Assembly: GCA_002633005.1 (NCBI GenBank)
Contig: NMRA01000339.1
Location: 330,685-394,684, forward strand
DNA: 64,000 nucleotides
Direction of reading: 5' to 3'
Source: Phoronis australis
Lineage: Eukaryota > Animalia > Phoronida
This document shows, piece by piece, positions 37,145 to 49,447 of this stretch. Below the pieces are notes generated by a model. It did no database searches, had not been told where the DNA came from, and saw only the letters and a list, made by a program, of their open reading frames with translations. Both the position numbers and the translations under genes were made by a program. Position 1 is the first letter of the stretch. Each line of letters opens with the position of its first letter.

Positions 37145-38471
37145 GAAAGTGGAGGTATCATGACGCTGACTGACGTGTATTGTCGGGTCAACCGAGCCAG
37201 AGGCATGGAGCTACTGTCTCCTGACGACTTGGTCAATGCCTGTCGGCAGTTGGATAGCTTGGGCTTACCTGTCAGGTGGGTGTCTTTACTTTTAATTCAT
37301 GGATTAGTGTGATTTCTATTTTACTTTTAAATTTTCTGTCTGAACTTTTTATGGTCTTTCTCTATTATTTACTAGCATCAAAATGTAAATTTCAACGAGA
37401 TGTGTCCAGACATAGTTTCGCACAAAATTGCCTATTTATTCTACTTATGTTTTTTGGTCAAAAATAAGATGACACTATGGTGGCCTAGCAGAGGCATGGC
37501 AACTTTGCAGTCTGAGAAGTGATGTGTGGATAAATTGGACCTAAACCATTTCATCCATTCTGACTCTATTTAGTTTTCTCCAACATCCTACATCTCATGT
37601 CTTTGTGTCTGTCAGGCTACGCGTGTTTGACAGCGGGGTTATGGTGCTTCAACTATTGTCACACAGTGAAGAGGCACTTACAAAACAAACAAAGGTCCTA
37701 GTACAAGACAAGACGTCATTAACAGCTGAAGAATTGTCACATCTCGTTGGAGTGTCTGTGGTGTTAGCCAAAGAGAGGTACAGGAAGATAATATTTTGTC
37801 ATTGTATATTAGTGTCAGACATGTATTTTGTCATTGTATGTTAGTGTCAGACATGTATTTTGTCATTGTATATTAGTGTCAGACATGTATTTTCTTGAAT
37901 TCTTAAGACACTTGCAAGTAAAAGTTTAAGATGCCGTATGACAAAAATCAAGATGTAGGGAGGACTCCTCGTCAGAAAGGATCAGCAAGGCTGAAATGGC
38001 GTAATTGTATCTGGTCACCCAACACCATTTGATGCAGGCATAGTAGTGCAGGTTTTCACTACGAGTCTGGCACAGACCAGAACCAACTTTAATAGTGATA
38101 TGTTATTTTTTGGTCTATTCTACCAATAAAAACATTCTTTCTGTTTAGGAGAAACGAGGCAAAGGTGAGGAGTGATCATACCTGTATAGTTTTCATTATC
38201 CACATTATTTGTTACAAATTATAGATGGAACTGCATTATAAGGCAATAAAACTCTCTACTGTAACAACACTTTCGTTGTGACTTGCTTCATTTTGCAAAA
38301 AACATTCTTAACTTTATGTGATCTTATCTGTATAAAGGTAGTCCTCATAATAACTGATTGACTCTCATTTCCAGGTTGTTACTGGCAGAAAAGGTTGGAG
38401 CAGTGTGCAGAGATGACTCAGTTGAGGGACTAAGATACTATCCAAATTTATTTGTGGAGAAAGTTTCATGA
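37145..38471 (+). CDS. VPS36: Second copy of VPS36 exons 8-10 (37145-37275, 37616-37777, 38375-38471), probable alternate haplotype
   Basis: Block 36647-39870 repeats 31217-34352 and starts immediately after N36646. The encoded protein is identical. Confidence 0.85.
37793..37888. repeat. 32-bp minisatellite, 3 units (counterpart of 32249-32376)
   Basis: Same unit, one copy fewer. Confidence 0.9.
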
Positions 38472-39583
38472 AATGCCTGTCTCAGCCATACAGTTATTCC
38501 ACAAGATCTACTCATTTATGCAGTCACATCTTTGTCAACACAGTAATGCATAGCAGGGCAGCCTTTTTATCTCATCCAATTGTAAGAAAACAGGTTCGTC
38601 CGATTGTTTCAGTTTCACATGACTGGCTTTGGATCTTTAATCTGTTGATTGTGCCATATTGCAAGTACAGGGAAATATCCATCATGGACTTTGCAATAAC
38701 CATTTTAGTGGAGAAAAGACAGAAGTTATGAATGTCAACAGACGCTTGCGCATCAGTCTCTGAAACATGGACTGCTCATAAAAAATAGCAAATACGCAAT
38801 AGCTTGCAATATCAGATTGCTTTTTTGTTGGGTAAAGTATCAATTCTGAGAATGCAAAGGTCACAGATGTTATAATTATCTTACGTTGTGCAAAAATTTC
38901 AAAAATGTTCGCACATAGTAATATTGTATCCCAATTGTCAGATTACCATGTGATCTCAATATACATGTTACGTGTGCTGGATGTTCCAATGAAGTGTACT
39001 TTGTCCACAGGGGCTTGTTATTGTGAATACTGAATGAATGTAGATATGAAGCCGCAACAAAATTTTTACTCTGGAAACATTTAATAACTTATTTTGCAAC
39101 AGAAATAATATATTTCCATGAAATTATCCCAAATACGTTATGTACACTTGTTATGCAAAAGAACAAAACAACCTAGTTCCTCACTTCCTCAATGCAACCA
39201 TTAGCAGGTCTTTAACTACACATGTGTAAGCGTATAACAGAGCACAAGATCAAATTTTGCAAGTTGCCTGCAACAGATATCTAATTTAACCCTCTCTAGT
39301 TTTTATAAGCTTGATACTGAGCTGATATTCCCCTCTAATAAGCTGCCCAGTTATGCAATGAAACATTTTGTGGGCAGACAAGCAGCAGATCTATCTTAAC
39401 TGGTATTTTGTAATGGCCCGTGATTTAACCAGTGGATACTCAGCGTACATCAAATTTCTGTGTCCAATGCACTTGTTGGCAAGTATTAACGATCTTCACA
39501 CTGTTCATCTGCATTCTTGTAGTGTGTACTTATACACATCCAGAGAACGCTGATTCAATATGCCTTTTTGGCGTTGTAAACCT

Positions 39584-42500
39584 CTAGCCCTCAAACACCC
39601 GCTTTCTGTAGAAATGACTCAGTCCAAGGGTAAAGTTCCAGCCAAAAATCAGTGATAATATGTACACGATCACAAGCACTGTCAGCGGGAATAGAAACGC
39701 CCTGGTTTTCTTGATGAATGGTAACACTGGAACAACATGAAACACAACATGTTGAAAGAACGTTCTGATAAATGCAATCTTATATGTTCATAACAGGAAG
39801 TTACATATGACCTATTGAATAGGTCATCAGGGCTGCGTTCCGTAGATGCAAGAAACTATGAAAAATGCTAGTTTGTGCAAGTCTTCGGGAGACATTGCCA
39901 TGCATTACACGCAAAGCACGTGATCACAACTAGCGTTTCTCATGAGTGGCTTGGGTGTATGGAACGTTGCTAAAGAATATATTATCCAGCTACTTCATTA
40001 CTTTTAAATCGATAACCAATAGTGAGAGTATTTTTAAACCAAAAAAATCTGACAGAGTCAACTTGAGTTTGGTAGATCTTACAAGCTAAAACAAATGTTG
40101 GACCACTTTTTCTATTTGCTCATCACACCCAGTCAGAACAATCCAACTGAGGCTGTTTAAATTGCTCTATTATATTCTGTCCCTTCCACTTAGTATTATG
40201 TACGATTTAACTTAGTACTGAATGCACTGAATTCTGGGACTGGTCAGATTCTTGTAATGTCAGTGACGGTCACATATTTGCATACTGAGGTAACAAAGCT
40301 TCATTGTTAGTGATCTGAATGGATCTTCCATCTTTATTCACTTACTTGTATAGCCGAGAAATGTGATGTAAATATAGTAGCCAATGGCCAGTAACCAATG
40401 GGTGTTGCCGATGAGAACCGAAATGAAGTGATGAGGCCGTTGATTTACAATGACTGCAAGAGAGTCGAGTGCACTGTTAATAGAACAGCGATGTCAACGA
40501 ATCATATTATTAAGTTGTTAGTTAATGGGAGATTTCTCACAGATAAACCAATTGGCTTCATTGCAATGCACATTTGCTAAATTATTAAAATGAACCTTTT
40601 GGGCAGTTTGGCAGATTAAGACGCGAACGCCAACAAAGGGACTTGAAAAAACAAAAATGGCCACAAAGTGACACAAAAATACATCAAATCCATCCGAAAA
40701 TAAATGACATTGTCATGTAAATATAAATCTATTTGCCAAATTTCATAAAAATCTATCAAGTAACTCCAGAACAGAAGCAAGTGAAAATAAATTTAATTGC
40801 CACTAGGGGGCACAGCAGTGCTTGGATCTGTCAGAAATTCGTCTTCATCCATCATCGGATATATTGGAAAACATCTGCGAATTCTCATTAAGGTCCAGCA
40901 AGGGTTTAGGAGATACAGCAGTGGATGCCGGATGATGGACACCCAGACAGAAATGACACCATTATGCAGGGCTGCTATCATTCCTCTATGTTCACTCAGG
41001 CGTTCTCATTAACAGGGCCCTTTTCTCATTTACACACAAATGGTAGTAATGTCCTTGTCTCACCAAGCAAAATTCAGTTCTTACAAACTCAATTATTTTG
41101 AACGGATAGTTATAGCAAATTATTGTCCAAAAACAGTTCTTTTCTCACATACCACAGCATAGCTATACAGAGAGTCTTTCGCAATGCCAGTTATTCCACT
41201 TCATGAAATAAAAGACATCGTACAGCACACATGCTACTCTTGGTTACAGTAGAAGCCACTTAATATCTTACCCGATACAATAGAATATCCTGGTTACTAA
41301 GTATCATTATGAAAGGAGAAATAAAATGAATCATCTCCCATTAAACCCCTGTAAGATAACCCACACGTGATGATTTATGAGATTCCCAGATATTAGCATC
41401 GAAAATGAAACTGGTTCTCACGCACTTGTCAGAGTATGTACCTCGTCTTTCTATCTAAGATCAACCTAATTCATCTTCATTTCATTTGCCTTATTGGATC
41501 TTGGCACTGGGGGTAAAAGTCAGTTGTTTTACTGTTTAGCTGTCTTGCTCTGCGACTACACTAAGCACTGATTGCTGTCAAGTCAGAACCTACTTAACAG
41601 AATATCTCATTTACCATTATTTTTTTAGTAACCTAGAATACGACAAGGAGGCTCCATTGTATCTCCAAATCGTGCCATCACTGACAAAGACTCATTAACA
41701 AAACGTACCTATTCATCAAATTTCAATTTGTAACTTGACGTGTAGTTCATTTTGCAATTGTGATTACTAGTGCACTAAAAGCATTAGGCATCTTTCACAG
41801 TTTTTTAGTCTTGAGTGAAACTTCAAATGCCGAAGAAATCCAATACCAATCTTCAACTCGCTTGTGAACTGTTCAAAACAATTCGCTGCAGTATTTTCAG
41901 GAACATTTGAAGAAAATAGCATCTTTCTAGTAAATGTTATTATTCCTCAATCTCAGTTTTTGTTCACCTAAGCACCCTTAATTAATGATGACGTTACTTA
42001 CAATGAAGAAAAATAAGCTGAACAACATGAAGAATCATCAACAAAGGAAAGAATGCATTTAAATGAACATCAAAGGCGTATCCCCACTCGACATCGTGAC
42101 GACTACTACCAGGTATGCACAGGTAACGATTGCTGATCATCCTACAAGACAAAAAATATCCTTTGGTGATGAGATGCAAGTGGTAGGCTAACACACTGAA
42201 TCAAGGGACACTAAAGCTACACAACAGGGGCCCGTAAACGTGTATACCGTGCACTAACATGGCTTGTGAAGGACAGTTGTTAAGTGTTGTGAATAACTAT
42301 GAAAAATCATTCAACTTCTGTTGCAAACTTTTATTCTCATAAAATCGTAATGTGGTTCACCACAACGTGCCCATGACAGCCTTGATTATGACTTCCTATT
42401 AAATGGACCACTGATAAGTTAAAATCATTATACATTCAAATTGATATTTGTCAAAATTATAGCATTCGCTCGTTCAAAATGTTCCACTTCACAAATATCA

Positions 42501-45500
42501 AGTCAACTGAGTGAACCATATACAAGCTGACAACCTTACTGCAGACAACAGTTACATGTACAGCGAAAGTTTGAAAAGAGTATGATGAGAGTTTGTTGCA
42601 ACTTGGTTTCATAGTATAATAAGGTAAACACATTCAAGAACACTACATGGATCAGAACAAATTTCATAGCGCATCATCATTATCAGCATCAGAATGAGAA
42701 AAATAAAAATTCCTGCACGTGAAATCTTATAAACGACAAATCCAGTCTTAGACATTAATATCAATTTTTAGACTAATATTTTGAGAAAAGGTATGAAGCT
42801 GGTGACAATGAAAATTGAAACAAAATCAAACGGCAAACAAATCACAATCCTTGAGGGATTTCTAAAATTAATAATAAGTGTCTGAGTGTTGCCTTGCAAA
42901 AAGTACCCCCTTCATTTATTGCTGAACAGTTTCATATCAACACTTGTCTATTAACCATGGAATTAGGTACTGTCAAACTGTCGACTTTCATCAACGCACA
43001 ATAGTGTGCATTCTCTATTGTTTAAACTTACCACATCAACGTAGCAACCAGGAGTCCTACTCCAATACAGTCAACCAGGACTATCCATAGCAAGGTTTTG
43101 ACGAACCCCCAAAATGATAAACCCAGGACTATAGAAAAGACGACTGCAGACCCTGAAAAAGATGGCAGCACTGTAGCTTAGGTTACTTGTTCACACAGTA
43201 CAAAATTCCCATGCCCTACAAAACATTGCTACAGACTATCATTAAATTATCAGCACATCCATGATCATACTTTATGGGAACCCAATCAGCAGCTTATGGG
43301 ATAATTTTTTCATTGCATTATCACCAAAAGCAGAGAGATAAAAGCCATCAGACGTTTCAATAAAATATGTATTTCTTGTAAAATACAGTGCTTTAGTTTA
43401 ACACCTGTCATGATTATTTTCAGGCTAATGAGTAAAAAAAATCTTTTCAAGAATCTTTGAAAATAGTGTTCAATTTCGGGACATTGAACACAGAAATATT
43501 TTAGCAGATTCCAGAAAATCATATCAATTAAGTTTCTATTATTTTAGCAAATGCAGTAAAAATGAAACTTTAAGCACAAATAAAACAATTATTGAGTATG
43601 GTTTCAACTGAATGATATATTCGTCATCCTAGATTTACGTTAACTGAAGCTTTATTTCAAATTGGTGAACATATGAATGGATAATTAAGACATGTCCATC
43701 AAGCTAATAATTCCTGGACCAGCCAATAAGAATTTTGTCTGGCTACTACGGCCATGTACTATAAATCTCAGAGTCTGCTTATGGTAGAGGACAACTATCT
43801 GGAACACAATTGCCATCAAAACTCTAACAACTGACAATGACGGTAAATACAAAATCTTTTTTACGCAACGTAACTCTATCAGTAGCACAAAGCATAGCAA
43901 AATAAAAACGTTACTTGCAGTTTCCCAGTCTAAGTGTAATGAATATATGGCTAAGTACTAGAATGTACCATTAAGAAGTTTTGACTTCAGGTTCAAGACC
44001 AGTACAGGTAATGCCTGTCTCATAAAAATCATTTATGTAATGTTCTATGGGAACAATGTTATAAACATGTGACACGACAATTAGTGAACTCACCACACAG
44101 ACATAAACTTAAGAGCACCAAAAACGCAGGGTCATCTCTTGCCCACTGATCTTTCGTTTCTGAAGAAGGAAAAGAGGAGTCGGCGAAATCAAAGTGAGAA
44201 TGAGAGATTTTGAAAGATTCAAAATAACTGGTGTGTGATGTACTCTATTGAGGGTTCAAGAACTTAGTTCATGTTAGTCAAACAAACAACTAATTTTACA
44301 TTGACAGAACAATTGAAATTTTTTGAGATCATCTGCACAATACAATGTGGAAATGGACCCTTTAAAAAGGCAATATTATGGCTTCATGGTTGAGAAATGC
44401 ATTTTTGCCATTATTGTAGGACAAGATAGATTTCTTGAAGTTATTAGCTTTGACCAGAGCTATAAAACAACAAAATTCACCGAATGTGCTTTTGAAACTA
44501 CATTACAGATTGCCAATTCTTGCTGTTGTTTACCAGACATTTGCTGAAATACACATTCTCTGACTGCTACATAATGCATGGCATTTGGTTCAGTGAGAGT
44601 GGTTAGCCACTAATGTGGGGCTTCTGAGTTCAATTCCGAGCGACTTTTACATTTTGTGAAATTGGTTTTCTCGTCAAGTGTCCCTTTAATATCTAAAATA
44701 CCGATGCATACAGATGACTGTTAAAAGTTGGTCCATGCGTTGCTGTTAACTGCGGTAGTTAAAGTGTACATAGTAAACTTGAGTTTCCAAAGGATGTAGT
44801 CATATTGACATGGGTAACGTGAGCACATGAGTGTCATGTTAACATTTTAGTTTCTTATTAACACTTACGCTTTCTGTATTGGAAATTCCTGTATCTGAAA
44901 ATGGAAGAAATTGACAAATTTAAACTAAGTTGACACACAAAATACAAAATGATTACAGTTGTTTACATGATAGAACTGCTACTTCTACTTGGCTGAGGGG
45001 CATATATCCCAATAAAACCGGTTACAAACCTTGCATTACAACAACATGACACTATTTGTGTTGCTTCCAAGAACACAAAACATGCACTACTCAACCAGGT
45101 TCTAAAGACCCAGTACCATACAAGAATAGGATGAGCATGACAGTCCAGGATCAAGATGTGGGATAATCCTTGATGGTCATTCAATGACTGCCAAACCCCA
45201 AAGAATCACACGGAATCCACAGCACCCACACAGATGACCACGGAATGTCCTACACAGTCCCAGCACAACGACACACCAACACGGAACAACACCATAGACA
45301 CACGGACCAACACGGCATCTACACCAACTATACCAGACCTACACGTCAGTGACACAAACAGCCCTGGCTACACAGACCACACCAGATGTCGCCATGTTCT
45401 TGGACTGTCATGGACAAACACGATAGCTTTGAACAACCCAAAAATGCTTTTGTGGCCTTTCGGACCCACAAGGACCTTCCAGAACAAATAGCGATTGCTT

Positions 45501-46202
45501 CAAAACAACACGTCGGCTAAACAACTCACATGTTGTATTATGCCGGATCTGATCTGGCACTTATATGGGACTGGGGATTAACTGAGCAATAAGTCCAAAC
45601 ATGGTGCAAAAATTGCCTGTCAAGTTCACATGTCTTAATCTTCCTTGACTGCTAATTTCAGAAGCTTGGTGAGTATACCACAATAATTTTTACAGCAAAA
45701 CAATGAAAATGATTACCATTACACATGTTCACTATAGCAGACAAAACTTGGGTATTTCAAATATGATGCCAGATTTCAAAACATGCGTAAGAACTTCTCA
45801 AATATGGTGCAATACCATGTTTAGATATGCGTAGGAAGAACTCTGTGATGCCATGCTACCATAGCAAGAAAATGTTCAAGCCCAGTTTGACAAATGCTTC
45901 AAATTTTTAAATAGTAAAGAACGTTCAACTTAAATGTGAACTCATGAATGACTATTATTACTTCACACATACACTTTTTGTGGTGAGATAAACAGGTAGA
46001 TCATTTGCCAGAATGCATATTCAAAGTCCATCTGTCGGAACATAAAAATCCTGCGCAGGTACTTGTAACGTTTCGAAGCAGCATTGTTCCGTGAGTGTCT
46101 GGCTGTGGGTGAGAGCGGAGGTGAGGTGTAACCAGTGAAAGTGGTTGGTAGGCTCGAGTCAGTAGACACAGTGATAGGGGAGACCCTGTTCTGAGTCAGC
46201 AT
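39584..46202 (-). CDS. UNC50: Protein unc-50 homolog (Golgi/inner nuclear membrane protein), ~277 aa, 7 coding exons
   Basis: Exons 46202-45973 (KYLRRIFMFRQMDFEYAFWQM), 44894-44869 (YRNFQYRK, 26 nt), 44159-44094 (TKDQWARDDPAFLVLL), 43152-43032, 42141-42002 (DVEWGYAFDVHLNAFFP), 40453-40346 (GYYIYITFLGY) and 39726-39584 (LPFIKKT..GWNF..stop). All phases are consistent. Confidence 0.96.
40650..40990 (-). repeat. Reverse-orientation member of the CTCF-motif repeat family at 9100-9890
   Basis: gccactagggggcac at 40799-40813; gggtttaggagatacagcagtggatgccgga is the complement of ~9160-9194. Confidence 0.65.
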
Positions 46203-48224
46203 TGTCTCGGTTGTCGGCACAGTATGGTCTGAAAGTGTACAATAACAACAGTTGAATCATAAGTTGCTACATGTGCCAGGGGTGTGATTCTCAGAAGCAT
46301 GTAAAACCACTGAGGAAAAAATGAACGCTACGTCAGTGGATTAAAACTGGGAAACTTCAAGGCAACAAAATTAAAAACAAATCAACTTAGTCAAAGCTAA
46401 CACACTGTCTATGCTGCTTCATCTTGGCGGAGCTGGCAAACAGGTGACCCCCCATAACTCTCTGTACGTTTCTGCTTGACACTGAGCACATTGCATGTAA
46501 TGGAGACCAGCCTTCAATTTCGCTGACAAATGAAGGGACGCACTGGAAAAAAATCTTGATTGCTGGAATATTCGTTCAAGTTGAAATGCCTGATGTGTAA
46601 TACATCTACAGCCTCCAAAGAGGTCCCTATATGTTCAAAAGGTAATCGTTGCGACATGGAGGATTAGTCAGAGTGAAGCAGCAGCAACTCTTCTGGTGCA
46701 CTAGACATCATAGGATATGCTGTCTATTTCAAGGAAAGACAATACATAACCAATGGCATCCACAGGCGAAGAAACTATAATGAGAATGTTCAATCGATTT
46801 ACTTTTTGATTAACAAAACCGATTAGAATGTGCCATCGTCTATAAAGGGGTGTGAAGGTTGTTGTGATATAAAAATAAAACCAAATTACTGGAATCCAAA
46901 CGCAAACTTTTTTCATCAGAAGTCCTCTTTTTTAAAATATTCACTTAAATCAGAAATTACCCAGCTGGTGCACAGGCACCATTAATCAGCCGCTGACATG
47001 ACATTATGACAAATAGAAGGTATACACGAGTTATTCAATATAATGCCATCGAGTAGATGAGTTTTTGCAGATTAAAATTTGCGGGACATTTAAAAATACC
47101 CTTCCAATTGGTAATTATAGTTATGGGTGCTAACTTAATCTTCGTGCAATGAAGACACAACCATTAAAGACAAATGGAATCACCTGATACAGGTAATATG
47201 CCTCAAATTCCATATAGTTAACCCCATTAACGATGGTAACCGCAGTTTGCGCTCTAATGCGCATGCTCAAAATAGCCTCGCACCAAGTGAAAACAACAAT
47301 ATATGCATTACACAGTTGCTGACTGGTTGAAAGTTTTGAGCTGTTCATTTGGCAGAGGCATGAGTCGGAGAGGTGTGGTAATAAAAACCCAGTGTTTAAA
47401 TGAGGTTGGTTAGCCACGCAGTGTAAAGCTGAAAACACACTCTGGAACGAAGTTGACTTCTGGCACCTTCTGTATAAAGAGCAGGTTTGTTTGAGTCACC
47501 TACAGTAAAAACACAGAAGATGGATGAAAATTTGGTTCAGATACACGATTGTTCCAAGAATAGGTGTTCTAATATTTACTGTCGTGACCTACACCAGGAC
47601 GTGCCGCCACGTATATTGTTTGTTTTGATTGGACGTGACATTACGTTGAGCATGCAGATTTGAGAGCAATCTGCAGTTCCGAATATTAATCGGTAACTGA
47701 GGCATATAAGCAACATCAAGTGGTCCCATTTGTCTTCAATGGTTGTGTCTTCACTAAACATACATTGAGTTAAGCATCAATACCTGCAATTAAAGGTTTG
47801 CAGAGTATTTTTAAATGTCTCGCCAATTTAAATCAATAAGAACTCGCCTGCTCCTCCACCATATTGGATTGATCATACCTTTTATATATTATAGTACATA
47901 ATGGCGAGTGGCTGATGAGAGTGTCTGTGGTTGGTGAATTATGCCTCACACTGATTAAACCATCTAAGACAAGTTGCTATAAGTATTTTTTGCATATAGA
48001 AGGACCCCTAATTCATCAAACTGAAACGTCATCCATAGAGCAGACATTTCTGAATTTGAAGCACTGGGGCAGGCCGCAGGGTCATCGACATCGGGCATGG
48101 TCGAATCGCGGTGCCTGATTTTGAGATCCAGGCAATCACTGGACAACGCGCTCTTTATTCTGAGTATGAAACTGGTTCTCCAAATCAGGGACCGCAATAC
48201 CCGACCACTGCCAGTGAGCGACCT

Positions 48225-48624
48225 GGGCCCGGTCTCCAATCTTTTTACTCGAAATGGAACTCGAAATTAGGTTTGGCATTTTCTACTCTACTTTCGGGCG
48301 AACTCAAGATAAGTGTCTATTATTCTATGCTCGAGTACACAATAACTTACGTAGATAATTTATTGCCCTTAGTTCACAGTTTGTAAACCCAATATTAAAG
48401 TAATAAGTTCGAGTTTGAACTCGAAATTTCGAGTTTTTACTCGAGTTTGTAGCACGAAGGGTCTTCAAGGGCAAATCTGAACTAGAAACTCCTATGCATA
48501 AACTATAATGTATTGGAGCACATTCTGATAACCAATTATCTTAAGTTCACACAAAAGGAGCAGAGAAATTGTCAAAAATAGTTTCGAGTTCGTTTCGAGT
48601 TCAAAGATTAGAGACCGGACCCCG
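48225..48624. mobile_element. MITE with long TIRs in the first UNC50 intron
   Basis: ccggtctccaatcttt..actcgaaa.ggaactcgaaa / tttcgagttcgtttcgagttcaaagattagagaccgg. Confidence 0.75.
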
Positions 48625-48799
48625 GTTAATATTAATAATAATGTTAGTTTTCCATTTGACTTTGAGGTTGCATTTGCAATCAAAGCTTGTCTTGTAGACG
48701 CAGACATTTCAAGAGAATGGAACTGGTGATGGTACGCCTACCGCATTTCACACTCACAGGTTGACTAACACAATGATTTTCAAACAAACAAACGAAAAA

Positions 48800-49447
48800 C
48801 ACTCACTTGGTTGGTTAACTTAGTACACCAACTTCCAACTCATCCTTGTTGACGTGCTTTTGCGCATTACTGTCTGCGCACTCAGTTAGAAACAACCTAT
48901 GGCTAAATTTCACTAAATCAATCATCTAAGTATTAGTTAATTCATTTCACTATTGAGTATTGAATTTTTTGGAACGTGTTGTCAAAATATATCAATTTCA
49001 CAAATTTTATACAATTTTTGTAAATTTCATGAGCAAGTTGTGGACTGTGATCGTAGCTAAAATCAAGATGTCTGCGCCCTTATGAATGTTATCGAGGTTA
49101 TCAATATCATGTTATATGCGTAGCGTAGCGTTCGCTCTTATTAACGCTTTACATCCAAAATAACACAAGGTGTCGAAACCTAATTCTGTTTTCCCCAAAT
49201 TAGATTCGTTTTTAGGTGAGGCATACTCAGTTTTCTCACTCTTTGTCTTTGAATTTGCACAAATACACTAGGAAGCATTTCCCGTCCTGGATTCCTGACA
49301 AGCCGATAGTACTGTCATCACAGACACAGTTTCTGTTGCACTGCACTACTCACTAGTGGCGACAAGGCTGACAGTGACAGAAGGCAACTGCACTGCGTTT
49401 TGGGTATTGGCTTTGAAAGGCATCGTATAGGTCCTACCACCGTCTCA
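48800..49447. promoter_or_regulatory. Putative bidirectional promoter and 5' UTRs of UNC50 and COA5
   Basis: Minus-strand donor gtgagt at 48801-48806 (candidate non-coding UNC50 exon 1; acceptor at 46229-46231); COA5 ATG at 49448. Confidence 0.5.
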
